Assembly (NCBI GenBank): GCA_030390025.1
Contig: JASTWF010000259.1
Coordinates: 310,001-374,000, forward strand
Reading direction: 5' to 3'
DNA: 64,000 nucleotides
Origin: Squalus acanthias
Lineage: Eukaryota
Under the pieces are notes generated by a model, which was given only the letters and a program-made list of their open reading frames with translations, was not told the DNA's origin and ran no database searches. Below, in pieces: positions 23,411 to 35,358 of this stretch. The first letter of the stretch is position 1, and each line of letters opens with the position of its first letter. Both the position numbers and the translations under genes were made by a program.

Positions 23411-26400
23411 GCCAGAAGTGTTTCTGAAATGCTCCTTCTGATTGTCACAAACTGGGTTACTGATCCCATTTCTGAGACGCCTCCTCAAACTTAAAGTCAA
23501 ACTATCGCATTTCTCACAGATACAAGCTTCTCAAATAACTGAGTCGAATTGTACTCCATGAAACACAAGAGAACAAACCAGCAGGTTTACAACCAGTCAG
23601 GAGGACTCCTGATTCTCACACAGTGAGCAGGCGCACAGAAACAGAACAGACACAAACGGTGCAACAATCGTGCTCTCAGCAGATAGATCTGTTCACTCTG
23701 TCAATTTCAATGAAGCTGATTTCTAATTGATCTCTTGTCAATTTCCGACCACCTCAAGTCTGCACGTTTTCTGAAATTAAACTGATATTAATTTGAAAAA
23801 CTCTCTTCGACTTCCAACCATTTCTCCCTCCCTGTCTACAATCTTACAAACAAATAAGATTTAGCTTCCCTGAAAACTAGTTTACTGAAATAATTCACAT
23901 TCCAGGGTAATTTGCTGCATAAAACAGGGACTCCGTGACAGAGTAAGAATTTAACGAACTAGGAACCACTGGGTTAATATAATTTCATAATTAAATATAA
24001 CCGGTAAAATCATCGAGGCAAAACACGAAGTTAATTCATTAAAATCTGCGGCGACACCTTCTCGAGCTGAGCACAGCTGAGTAAGACATGTATTGTTTCT
24101 AAATTAATTTTAGACATAATTTAAAATTCTCTCCAACCCTTGAGATTTTGCAGTAACTGTAATCCTGTCCAGTATACAACGCAATTGTGGGAGGTCATTT
24201 ATGTTTAATAAATTCGCACTCATATTATATTCTAAGTTAATATTGATGTTAGCTGCATTATAATAAAATTAGTTGATATTAATTTTAATCCTGTTTCTGC
24301 CTGGTAACTTGTGAACTTATAGGGTTTCAATTAAATTAACATGACACTTATCAATATTAAAATATTAAAAATCATATTAATAGATAAAGACATTCAGACA
24401 AATATATTACTTTTACTTAAATCAAATCACATTTGAATAGTTTAAAATGGTCACTAACTTCTAATACATTCCCGCTCTCTATCTACACTCTTGTAAACTC
24501 TGCATGTTTCTGAACTCTCTGATACAACATAAACTCCATCTTTTCTCAGAGTGGATTTCACATGATGGATTTAGGAGTGGACTATTTTAAATAGTTCAAA
24601 GTCTGGCCGTGGTCACATCTCACTAACTACCGATGGACTGTAACACCGTGTGTTTACTAAAGCAGGGCTCTCGAGTTTAAACATTGTCCTCAATCTTAAC
24701 TATAAATACTATTTTCGTGAATTAAAAGACAACCGGCCAGTTTGCAGTCAGTAACAGAGACTCCGCTATTTAATAACAGACAATCTTTTTATACTTTACT
24801 CCCGTAATTCACACAATTCCCGTAAATTAATTATTAAATATATTCTGCTATTTATTGAAAATCAGTTCCAGAATGATCAGTGTAAAACTGGCGGAGAACA
24901 AATCAATCAGACCATCTGCGACACTGAAATTTAATGAGCAAATGGAGGAGAGATTTTGTTGATCAATTTAACATTAATGAGAATTAAACATAACTCTCAG
25001 ATGTAATCTGTTCACTGTCTATAATTCTATCCCGTATACAGCACAGCTATGGGAGACAGGATGTTGTTATTAAATTCAAAACTAATATTAACCTTTTGTA
25101 ATTAAATTAATCTGCTTGAATGTCAATGGGTTATTTGTCTGTCTCCAGCCTTACGCAGTCTGCACCTTCCGTGAATTTAAATAGAATCATATGAACAATT
25201 CTTTGACTGCCAGCGACCGCTCAGCCTATGATCTTACAAACTGTTTAAGATTAGTTTAGTGATAATTGTCTCGCTATCAAACAACAAATAATATTGAAGG
25301 AATAACATGGTTTCCGCTGCACAGTAAGAATTTAATAACCCGGCAGATTTATTACATTTACAAACTGCAATTTATACTCGCATTTAATGCATAATTAAAT
25401 ACAATCTGTCATTCATCTGTGTGAAACAGGGAGATAACAATTAATTTCAAACCCTCATTAAACTGAACACTGCGGTGGAATCAGTCTGCTGTTATTAAAA
25501 TAATTTCAGACATAATCAGAAATTGTCTCCAGCCTCTAAAATTCTCCGCTCAGGTTAATTGTGACCAGTGCACAGCAGAATTGTGGAAGGCGAATAATGT
25601 TTAATACATTAATATTAATACTACAGCATATTTAGTGATATTGGGCAATATTACCGCATTATAATCGTTTGAGTTATATTAATTTAACTCTCCTTCAACC
25701 TGCAAATTGTTAATTATATAATTCGTAATTTCAGTAACATTTCACCTATTAAATGTGAGCACCGTAAACCATAGATTAATAGTTGAATCTGTAATTCTCA
25801 CTTAAATAAAAACATGCATTAAATTATTTTTAATGATTTTTGATTTATAAAACCTACTTGTTGTCTGCCTACAATCATCTTTCAAACAGTTTTAAACAGA
25901 TCAGAAAACCTGCAGCAGTTCGATGTCACCGAGATTAAACATTGCAGAAACTCCAAACAGTTTCACAAACTTTAGCTTATTCAAAGTAACCCAGGCACAC
26001 ACTCTCCTCAGCAGATAAACAGCAAATCACATCACTGAGGGGCTGAATCCCGCAACAGAACGTTTTGTGGAGAAGCAGCTTCATTCTATAAACCCTTTCA
26101 GCAGAATCAAATGTAACATTGCAAAAAAATCTCAATACAGAATCCAGCGAACCCATCTATCACTGAACGAATTAATTATTGAAATAAACAAAAATATAAA
26201 ATAATGACAGCGGAATTGTGAGTAGACGGATCAGGTTTAATAAATTACTATTGATATCGGATATTGTTGTAACATTGGGTGATATTACTACATATGATAA
26301 CTTTATTTATATTAAGTTAAATCTCATTCAGGCTACAAATGTGTTAATTATGTAATTATTAATTACAGTAACATTTCAGGTATTGAATATGACCGTTGGT

Positions 26401-26893
26401 GAACATTAGATTAATAGATGATAATGTAAATATCACAAATAAAAATACATTAAAATATCTTAAGATTATTTTTGACCGCTAGAGCTTTCTATTTTCTGCC
26501 TACAATCTTATTTCAAACACATTTAGTCACATAATGTTTACATTTGATCAGAAAACCAGCAACCATTAGATGTCACCGAGATTAAACATTGTAGAAACGC
26601 CAAACAGTTCAACAACCGTTGGGTATTTAAAGTAACCCAGGCTCACAGTCTCATCAGCAGATAAACACCAAACCACATCAATCAGGGGCTCAATCCCTCA
26701 ATAACACTTTTTCTGAAGAAACTGTTTAAATCTATTATCCCTTTGCAGCAGAATCAAATGAAACAGAGCAAAAAATCTCAATACAGAATCCACCGAACCC
26801 AAGTTTCAGTGAATGAATGAATTATTGAAATAAACAGAAATATAAAATAAAGGCACGAATACAACAGTTGCTGAAAGAGTGAATGTTTCTTAC

Positions 26894-26941
26894 CTGCAGT
26901 CACCGTCACCATGGTGCCTTGGCCCCAGTAGTCGAGTTCGT
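26894..26941 (-). CDS. IGHJ: IgH J segment (ELDYWGQGTMVTVTA)
   Basis: WGQG motif, phase-1 donor G|gtaag and an upstream 23-RSS. Confidence 0.97.
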
Positions 26942-26980
26942 CACAGTGTTCCATTCCCCGGGCTGGGTCACACAATAACC
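26942..26980 (-). other. JH 23-RSS
   Basis: Plus strand CACAGTG (26942-26948) + 23 nt + ACAATAACC (26972-26980). Confidence 0.95.
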
Positions 26981-27304
26981 GGCTCTGTGTAAAACAGACA
27001 GAAATCCAACATTAGTTTAAATATTCACATCCCAGAGGAAAAGTAAAGTCACGATGGATCTTCATAAAATGATAAATGTGTCAATGGATACTTTTCACTC
27101 TTTATAAATTCCCTGATCCTTTATATTTCACAGAGTAACCCTTGAACAGTTAATGAAATCATCAACTGATCAATGATTAATTATCACAGTTTATCCATAT
27201 TAAACTGTGCTAGTGGACAGTGCTGGACACAAATAGGACTTCACTGCATCTACAGTTGGATTGTGAAAGCGACACTGACCCAGACTCACACAATTAGTGC
27301 TGAG

Positions 27305-27373
27305 GGTTTTTGTATTGACAGTAACTGCTGTGCCACCCAGTATACCACAGTGAGACACGCCGTGCCAAATACT
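27305..27373 (-). other. D2 segment (27333-27345, gtatactgggtgg) flanked by 12-RSS on both sides
   Basis: 3' RSS CACAGCA-12-ACAAAAACC (27305-27332); 5' RSS CACAGTG-12-CCAAATACT (27346-27373). Confidence 0.95.
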
Positions 27374-27687
27374 CCAGCGGACTGTTAACTGTAAAATACA
27401 GAGATGAAATTCCACAGCGCTCCTAAAAACCCTGATTCCGACTCCCCTAAGAGTGCATCAGTGAGATATTTCAGTTTGTGCTGGTCATTATCTTTATAAA
27501 AGGGATTGGAACACTTCTCAAGCCTCTGTGCAGATTTAGCACGACAATCAACACTAATAAAGCAAAACACTTTTATAAATTGTTATAAATCTATGTTACT
27601 TTTACCCATTATTTTAATTTAAGCCTCATTTTCTCCGCCGCTCCTGCCGTGGCAGTGATCGCAGGTGTGAGCAAACTCCCTGTCTGG

Positions 27688-27767
27688 GGTTTTTGTATGA
27701 GGAGCTCGCTCTGTACAGCACCGTGACCCCCTGTTGTACCACAGTGACAGGAACCCGCACAAATACT
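27688..27767 (-). other. D1 segment (27726-27739, gtacaacagggggt) with 5' 12-RSS and 3' 22-RSS
   Basis: 3' RSS CACGGTG-22-ACAAAAACC (27688-27725); 5' RSS CACAGTG-12-ACAAATACT (27740-27767). Confidence 0.95.
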
Positions 27768-28157
27768 GCACTCACTCCCTGTTCAGTGCCGCCTCTCAAC
27801 ATTCACTTCAAATAGACATTCACTTCTGATCTAGTTTAGAATTTATCCAACAGTTTACACAACGTAATAGAAAGTGAACACAGTCCCAACCAACTCCCTC
27901 CAGGTATCAATCATATTGAAACGAGCATTAACTCCAGCTCTGCCATTGCTGACACTGTGAACAGTAAACATGAGCACAGCCAAAACCTCTCCTCAGTACA
28001 TCGGTTACTGTGCTAGATTTTTACCATTGAATTTTCAGTGTGTTGATTCAGTAAGAAGCGGCGTGTGGTCTGGTTCTGAGCAATGCTGTTAAGATCGCGT
28101 TTAATACAATTACTGACCGTCAGTTTATGATGGAAGTTGTTGAATGTCCCCTCGTTC

Positions 28158-28196
28158 TGTTCTTGTACGGGTCCAGCCCTGGTTCCTCTCGCTGTG
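28158..28196 (-). other. VH 23-RSS
   Basis: CACAGCG + 23 nt + ACAAGAACA. Confidence 0.93.
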
Positions 28197-28501
28197 GTCT
28201 CTTGCACAGTAATAGATGGCGGTGTCTTCGGTCCTCAGGTTCTTCATGTCCAAAGCGAAGATGCTGTTTGAATTGTCTTTGGACGCAGTAAATCGGCTCT
28301 GGATCCCTGGGGCGTAATACTCGTTCGATGAACTGTGATAGTTAACCAGCCACTCCAGCCCCTGTCCGGGAACCTGTCGGACCCAGCTCATCCAGGTGCT
28401 ACTAAGAGTGAACCCGCTGGTTTTACAGGTCAGTCTCAGGGAGCCTCCGGGACTCCTGGTCTCTGCCTCTGGCTGAGTCAACACGACATCCGACTGGACA
28501 C
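28197..28501 (-). CDS. IGHV: IgH V segment exon
   Basis: cag|(G)[13 protein letters not shown]...LTCKTSGF...[13 protein letters not shown]...RFTASKD...[10 protein letters not shown]; open frame with canonical Cys/Trp/Cys. Confidence 0.98.
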
Positions 28502-28628
28502 CTGTAAAAACAATCAAAAACCCCGAGGATTAATCCTGGTGAAATGATTCCTGACTCTGTAACATTCCAGAGAGAGACTAACACTGAGACAGTAACAGTG
28601 AGAGACTTGGACAATAAAAACTACTCAC

Positions 28629-28674
28629 CGGATAAGAAAGCCAGCAACAGACTGAGAGAAATCGCCGACCTCAT
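28629..28674 (-). CDS. IGHV: IgH leader exon (MRSAISLSLLLAFLS G)
   Basis: 46-nt ATG-initiated hydrophobic exon, G|gtgag donor and a 127-nt intron to V. Confidence 0.95.
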
Positions 28675-28766
28675 CCTCCTGGCAATGTGTGGGAAATGGT
28701 TCTGACAAGAACTCACTGAGCAAACCCGCTCCCGGACTGTTGTATTGCGGTCCCAGTGACCGGCAG

Positions 28767-28847
28767 TTAAATACCCGGTAGAAGGGGGCGAGGTTACAGG
28801 CGCCGCCTATTGATTCCCTGATAGAGGCGGCTACTGGATCCACGTCA
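28767..28847 (-). promoter_or_regulatory. VH promoter: TATA-like TATTTAA, GC-rich segment and CRE-like TGACGTGG
   Basis: TATTTAA at 28767-28773 and TGACGTGG at 28840-28847; no ATGCAAAT octamer seen nearby. Confidence 0.65.
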
Positions 28848-30517
28848 CACCTTCCACATCACCAACAGAATGGACTTATATCTTTACACTAGTTTATTGT
28901 TAAAGGTGGACCCTGTATCTGTATCCAGGGATAGTTATTTGTCTGTATGGTTACAATGCAATATGTTACTTGATACTAAATGGTGATATTGCTGTCGTGA
29001 GTGTGTTTAGTAATAATTAATTACATCGTGGATTGTAAATTAAATCCCTTTATTTCCACACTCTTTCAGAGGGGATGTGAATCTCTAAAATGAAATTACA
29101 TTATTGGGTCTAAATTACCTCCAGTACGTGTTTCTCTATCTCTCGCTATCTATCCCCGCACTCTGTACCAGTACAGTATGACCTATAATATGAATTGTTA
29201 TTGATTTATGTAACTGAATGCGGGAGGTGGGTAATGTGATTCTATTTCCAATGTGGATGGCTATAGCTACACGATTTGGGTCCGGAGTTGAGTAGAAAGC
29301 CCTCACATTATACAAAGGTCTCTGATTGCATTTCTCTCACTGCCCCTGAGTCTGTGACACAGTCCTTTGAAAATTATTTGTAAAATTGCTCCGCTTGCCT
29401 GATAAATAAGGAGTGAGCTGACAGAGAAACAGAAGAATTTTGGGGCCCGCCCGCTTCAGATCAGCTTTTGGTAAAGAGAAGCTGGTGAATCAGAACCGAT
29501 AACGCGATCAGCAAACCCCGGCATCCAAATCCTTGCAGCAAACTTTAATAGCGACCGACTGTGTAACATACACTGGTATCAGGAACACAGTATATCAGGA
29601 CATAGCGGTATGTTACAGAATATCACAAGAATAAATGCTTCATCTCCCGCTGAAACAGATCACAAACTGGGCATTTCTCTGCCCATTGGTAGCCGGGCTC
29701 TGAGAGGGCTTGTTTAGGAATTCAAATCAGCACAAATTAAACTGCACAGTGCGCGGCTGCTAATCGGTAATAAGGGAGCCCTTAGTTTCAATCAGGCTCA
29801 CAACTCTGAGAATATTCAAGGAAGTGCAGCGGGTTCGAGGCAATTCCACCGATTGTTTTATTTACTTTGCGATTCCCACTGATCTCATTACAGTGTGGGT
29901 GTGGGGTCATTAAAATCTCTCTCCAGCACTTCGTGCAGTGCTGAATAAACCGACTGAATTATCCAGAATTATCTTCATTAGGAATTTTTTAATTAATTAG
30001 CATATGGATCAATTTACTTTTTCTGATCATATTTTATAATATTGTGAGCAAGGAATTTACCGAAAATCATTCTTTAGATGTTATACCATGTAAAATGTTT
30101 ATTTCTTGTAAGCGCGCTGCTGAATAATTTAATGTTCAAATAGTTAAATCCCATCTTGTTTCCCAATTCATATTCACGCCAATCTGCCCCACACAGTATT
30201 TGGCAGCAGCCCAGCCGACTGCCGTCAGGGAGGCTCGAACACCCAATGTCATTTACAGGAAGCATCTGGGGTTCTGTGCAGTGAATCAAAGATCTGTTTC
30301 CTCACTACTGACCGCTTGGCTGAAAGCCAACTTCAAACCCTTAACATTGTGAGTGAGGCCTATTGATAAACAAATCTGCCCAGCAACAGTACTGGAGTCA
30401 ATTTTAATTATTCAGTTGTGTAACTGTGTCTAAAGGTTCCCATCTCTCAGGATAGGAAATATATCCAGTGTCTCAGACAACCTATCAGTAGCAGCAGTCA
30501 GCTGGAGGGTCTGTCCA

Positions 30518-30675
30518 NNNNNNNNNNNNNNNNNNNNNNNNNNNNNNNNNNNNNNNNNNNNNNNNNNNNNNNNNNNNNNNNNNNNNNNNNNNNNNNNNNN
30601 NNNNNNNNNNNNNNNNNNNNNNNNNNNNNNNNNNNNNNNNNNNNNNNNNNNNNNNNNNNNNNNNNNNNNNNNNNN
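30518..30675. other. assembly gap (158 N)
   Basis: Run of n. Confidence 1.
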
Positions 30676-30727
30676 AGGACCTCAGAGAGAGGATACATTC
30701 TGAAATAAATAAGTATGCGTGTTTGCA

Positions 30728-30835
30728 TGGATGGATAGATGGATGTAGCGATGCAGGAATAGATGGATTGTTAGATGTCTGAATTTTTAGTAATGGGTCG
30801 ATGAACGGATTAATGGATGGATGGATGGATGGATG
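30728..30835. repeat. degenerate (GGAT)n microsatellite
   Basis: Directly visible. Confidence 0.8.
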
Positions 30836-32924
30836 GGCCTGAAAGTTGCTGTTAGAACATAAGAACATAAGAAATAGGAGCAGGAGTAGGCCATTCGGCC
30901 CTTCGAGCCTGCCCCACCATTCAATAAGATCATGGCAGATCTGATCTTGGCCTCAACGCCACTTTCCCGCTAGCTCCCCATAACCCTTGACTCGCCTGTA
31001 GCTCAGATATATGTCTACATTCTCATCTTTGTGAGTGTCTACTTCCTAACACGAGGCAGCCCCTTTACATTTGTGTCAGTATGGCGCCTCCAGTCCTTCC
31101 TGATTTTCTGTATCATTTCACTCCATACAGTGTCCATTTCTAACCAGCTGAACATCACGAAGAGAAGCCTGAAGGTATCCACACGGTACCGATGGTCCTT
31201 CTGTGGTGATGGGGAATCTCCATCTCAAAGATATAAAGCGAGCACATATCAGGGCTGAGAAGAGACAAGTGTAATATTTGGAACATGTGGTCCTTTCATG
31301 TATAACAAAGCACTCAATATATCCTCAGCCGAATTACTTCAATCAATGCGGAAACATAGCAGATCAACGGGTACATAATTTTTCCCCTTCCCTACCTAAA
31401 TCCTTGCTCCTCTGTGAGACTGGTGCAGTCACACCATTCTGAACACACGGATAAAAGGAGCATGAACTGTGACTTTCTTTACCGCCATATAGTCATTGTA
31501 AGTCATTGCCTCAGTGAAATATGTCCCGTGGGTTTTGGACATTGTGGCCGCAAATTGAAATGCTCTTAACTCCTTTAACCGCACTCCCCAGAGCCTTTCC
31601 ATTCAGTCCATTCATTCACTGAATGAATTGTTCACCAGTTGGGCGGGTAAGGTCAGTACATCACTGAGATGTGCTCAGGTTGATGGGGTCACTGTGATGG
31701 AGATATATGGTTAGAGTGGACATGGTACATCATGCAGACAGAGCTGAGTCGGTGAAGTTGCTGAATATGGTGATTTGAATGACAATTTTGGACAAGTTAT
31801 AGGCTCAATGTTCTATGACATGAGGTTAAAGCAGACTCTTATTTCTCAAAAGGTTGTATTTTTTTGTGCGAGTTGTTTAGGTTCGTGGAGAGCTGGTTTA
31901 GGGATATAAAGAATGGAATGAGGTGCCATTATGGCCATTTTTAGAAATTACTTATCCACGCAATTTTCTGGTCCAAATGTACAGCTTCAAACCCTTCCTT
32001 AATGTCCCAAAGTGCTTTAAAATGAATTGTTAATATTGAAGTGTTATTGTTGATGTGATTTTCCGCGAATGGCTCCGAGGTGACTGATTTCTGATTGACC
32101 CCCTCCCCCTTGTATAAGAGGCGCTCTCCCATAATCGACGGATTATTAATGTGGTTTGTGCACAGTTCCCAATCCCGCTCAATACCCCACACTCAGGAGT
32201 AACAAACTGTCTCTGCGCCAACTAACAGAAATAGCGACAGATGGACGGAGAGAGATTTCCGGACCCATTGGTATTTCCCAGGCCGCCACATTACTAAACA
32301 AATGATATTTCTCAATACTGTCGGCCTTCATCATGTTTTCCAAACCACAGATATTTCTCAATCCATTGATGGGTTCAATCTATTGATAGTTCCCCAACCA
32401 TCAACTTTCTCAAACAATTGATATCTTGCAATCGATTGATGTTTCTCGACCAATCAATGATTCCCAAACCTTTCAGGACTCCCAATAGATTGACGTTTAA
32501 CAATCTATTAATGATCACCAATCCTTAACAATTCACGATCCATTGATGTTTCGTTTAATAAAATAAGAGAGTTCGCCCACATATCCTGTGTTTTTTTTCC
32601 TTTACCCGTGGCGGTTCTGGTTTGCCTGCTAAGCGGTTGGACTTTTAGTAAAATTCCCAGAATGGCCTTGTGATTCCGGTGTCGGATTCAGGGTCACAGC
32701 TGCAGTCAGTGTCTGTACTACCGGCCATACTGTACAACTGCAGTGAATATCTGAGCGGTCCGGACTCAGTCTGAGTTGCCTCTCTATCTACAATGGAAGT
32801 TGAGCCGTTGAATGCCTGGGGTTCCATTTACCTATTTCTTGTTGATCTATTTGTTAATTAGTAACGGGCATTGATCATTAGTAATTGGTGTAAATAAGGG
32901 AGTGTTGGATTGAGTCGGTAAATC

Positions 32925-33557
32925 CTAGAATCCTAGAATGATACAGCTGAGAAGGAGGCCATTCAGTCCCTCCTGACTGCACCAGCGCTTTGAAAGATCT
33001 ATCCAATTAGTCCCACTCCCCACTGCTGTTTCCCCAGAAACCTGCAATGTTTTTCCATTTGAAGTAATTATCCAATTCCCTTTTGAATGTTACTGTTGAA
33101 TCTGCTTCCACCACCTATCAGGCAGTGCATTCCAAATCACAACAACTAACTACTTAATTCCCCCACCCTCATATCGCCACTGGTTCATGATCTTGAATAT
33201 CTCTATCAAATCTCCCCTTGATCTTCTCTGCTCTCAGAAGAACAACCCCAGTTTCTCCAATCTCTCCACCTAACCGAAGTATTTCATCCCTGGTACCATG
33301 CTAGTAAATTTCTTCTGCACCCTCTACAAGACCTTGATATCCTTCCTAATACCTGGTATCCAGAATCACACACGACTCCAGCTGGGGCCTAACCAAGTGT
33401 TTTACAAAGGTTTAGCAAAGCTTCATTGCTTTTGTACTCTATGCCTTTATTTATAAAGCCAAGAATCCGGTATTCCCTTTAAACAGCCTATGAACTTACT
33501 CCCCCAGGTACCTCTGATCCTGCACCCCATTAAAATTGTGACAATTAGTTTAGATTG
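32925..33557 (-). mobile_element. decayed CR1 LINE 3' fragment
   Basis: tagaatcctagaat tail and similarity to the reverse complement of 34810-35355. Confidence 0.75.
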
Positions 33558-34317
33558 TCAGGGTCTAGTGTAATACACCAGATACATGAACTGGTGCAAA
33601 ACAAACGGAGACATGGGCTTGTGTAATGTAAACAAAGGCATCTTCTAGTGTAGCAATAACTGAGACAGGGCCGAGTGTAATATAAACAGAGACATGGTCT
33701 AGTGCAGTAATAACTGAGACAGGGCCTAGTGTAATATAAACAGAGACATGGTCTAGTGCAGTAATAACTGAGACAGGGCCTAGTGTAATATAAACAGAGA
33801 CATGGTCTAGTGCAGTAATAACTGAGACAGGGCCTAGTGTAATATAAACAGAGACATGGTCTAGTGCAGTAATAACTGAGACAGGGCCTAGTGTAATATA
33901 AACAGAGACATGGTCTAGTGCAGTAATAACTGAGACAGGGCCTAGTGTAATATAAACAGAGACATGGTCTAGTGCAGTAATAACTGAGACAGTGCCTTGT
34001 GTAATATAAACAGAGACATGGTCTAGTGCAGTAATAACTCAGACAGGGCCTAGTTTAATATAAGTAGAGACATGGTCTAGTGCAGTAATAACTGAGACAG
34101 GGCCTAGTGTAATATAGACAGAGACATGGTCTAGTGCAGTAATAACTGAGACAGGGCCTAGTTTAATATAAGTAGAGACATGGTCTAGTGCAGTAATAAC
34201 TGAGACAGGGCCAGTGTAATATAAACAGAGACATGGTCTAGTGCAGTAATAACTGAGACAGGGCCTTGTGTAATATAAGTAGAGACATGGTCCAGTGTAG
34301 TAATAACTGAGGCAGAG
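33558..34317 (-). repeat. 27-bp minisatellite organised as a 54-bp dimer, opposite orientation to the arrays at 36025+
   Basis: (gagacatggtctagtgcagtaataact gagacagggcctagtgtaatataaaca)n. Confidence 0.95.
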
Positions 34318-34809
34318 TTTAGGGCCTCAACAGATGAAGGCGTGCCGCCAATGGTGTGGCACAGGGCGTGGGGTTGTACAAAAGGCCAGTATTGTAAGAT
34401 GGCAGAAACCTCGCAGTGTTGTAGGGATGGAGGAGTTTACAGAGATATGGAGCAGCGAGGATATGGTGGAATTTTATAACAAGTCTGGAGAGTTTTAAAA
34501 TCCAGGTGTTGCCGGACCAGGAGTCAATGTAGGTCAGTGAGCACAGGGGTGATGGGTGAACGGGACTTGGTGCGAGTTAGGATGCGGGCAGCAGAGTTTT
34601 GGATGAGCTGCAATTGATGGAGTTTAGTATTATAACTGCTGGGCTGGTTGGCCCACTGTTAGAGTGCTGTGTGCAGTGCCTGACGTCACATTATAGGAAG
34701 GGCATTAAAGTTCTAGAGACTGTAACAGCTCAGATTCACTGGGACAGCCCTAGAAAGGGTAGCTACGGTAATGATGAGAGATTTCAGATTTTCATTTAAG
34801 CTGAAGGAG

Positions 34810-35358
34810 AAATAAAGATTGAATTTACTTCAATCCACCCATTAGGAAGGATATCAAGGTCTTGGAGCGGGTGCAGAGGAGATTTACTAGAATTGTACCA
34901 GGGATGAGGGACTTCAGTTATGTAGAGAGACTGGAGAAGCTGGGGTTGTTCTCCTTAGAGCAGAGAGGGTTAAAGGGAATTTAATAGAACTGTTGAAAAT
35001 CATAAAGGGTTTTGATAGAGTTGATAGTGAGATAATGTTTCCACTGGCAGCAGTGTCGGTAACCAGAGGACACAGATTTAGGATAATTGGCAAAAAAACA
35101 GCGGAGATCTGAGGAGAATTTTTTGCAGCGAGTTGTTATGATCTGGATTGCACTGCCTGAAAGGGTGGCGGAAGCAGATTCAACAGCATCTTTCAAAAGG
35201 GAATTGGATAAATACTTGAAAGGAAACATTTACAGGGCTTTGGAGACAGAACAGGAGAGTGGAAGTAATTGGACAGCTCATTCAAAGAGCTGGAACAGGC
35301 ACAGGCACGATGGGCCGAGTGGCCTCCTTCTGTGCCATAGATCCCAGGATTCTGTGAA
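34810..35358 (+). mobile_element. CR1 LINE 3' fragment
   Basis: NFLQRVVMIWIALPERVAEADS...FKRELDKYL. Confidence 0.85.

Noticed and set aside
31030-31620. Faint V-set (CD300/pIgR-like) words on the minus strand
   Set aside because: Multiple stops, no conserved Cys/Trp spacing and no RSS; too weak without a search
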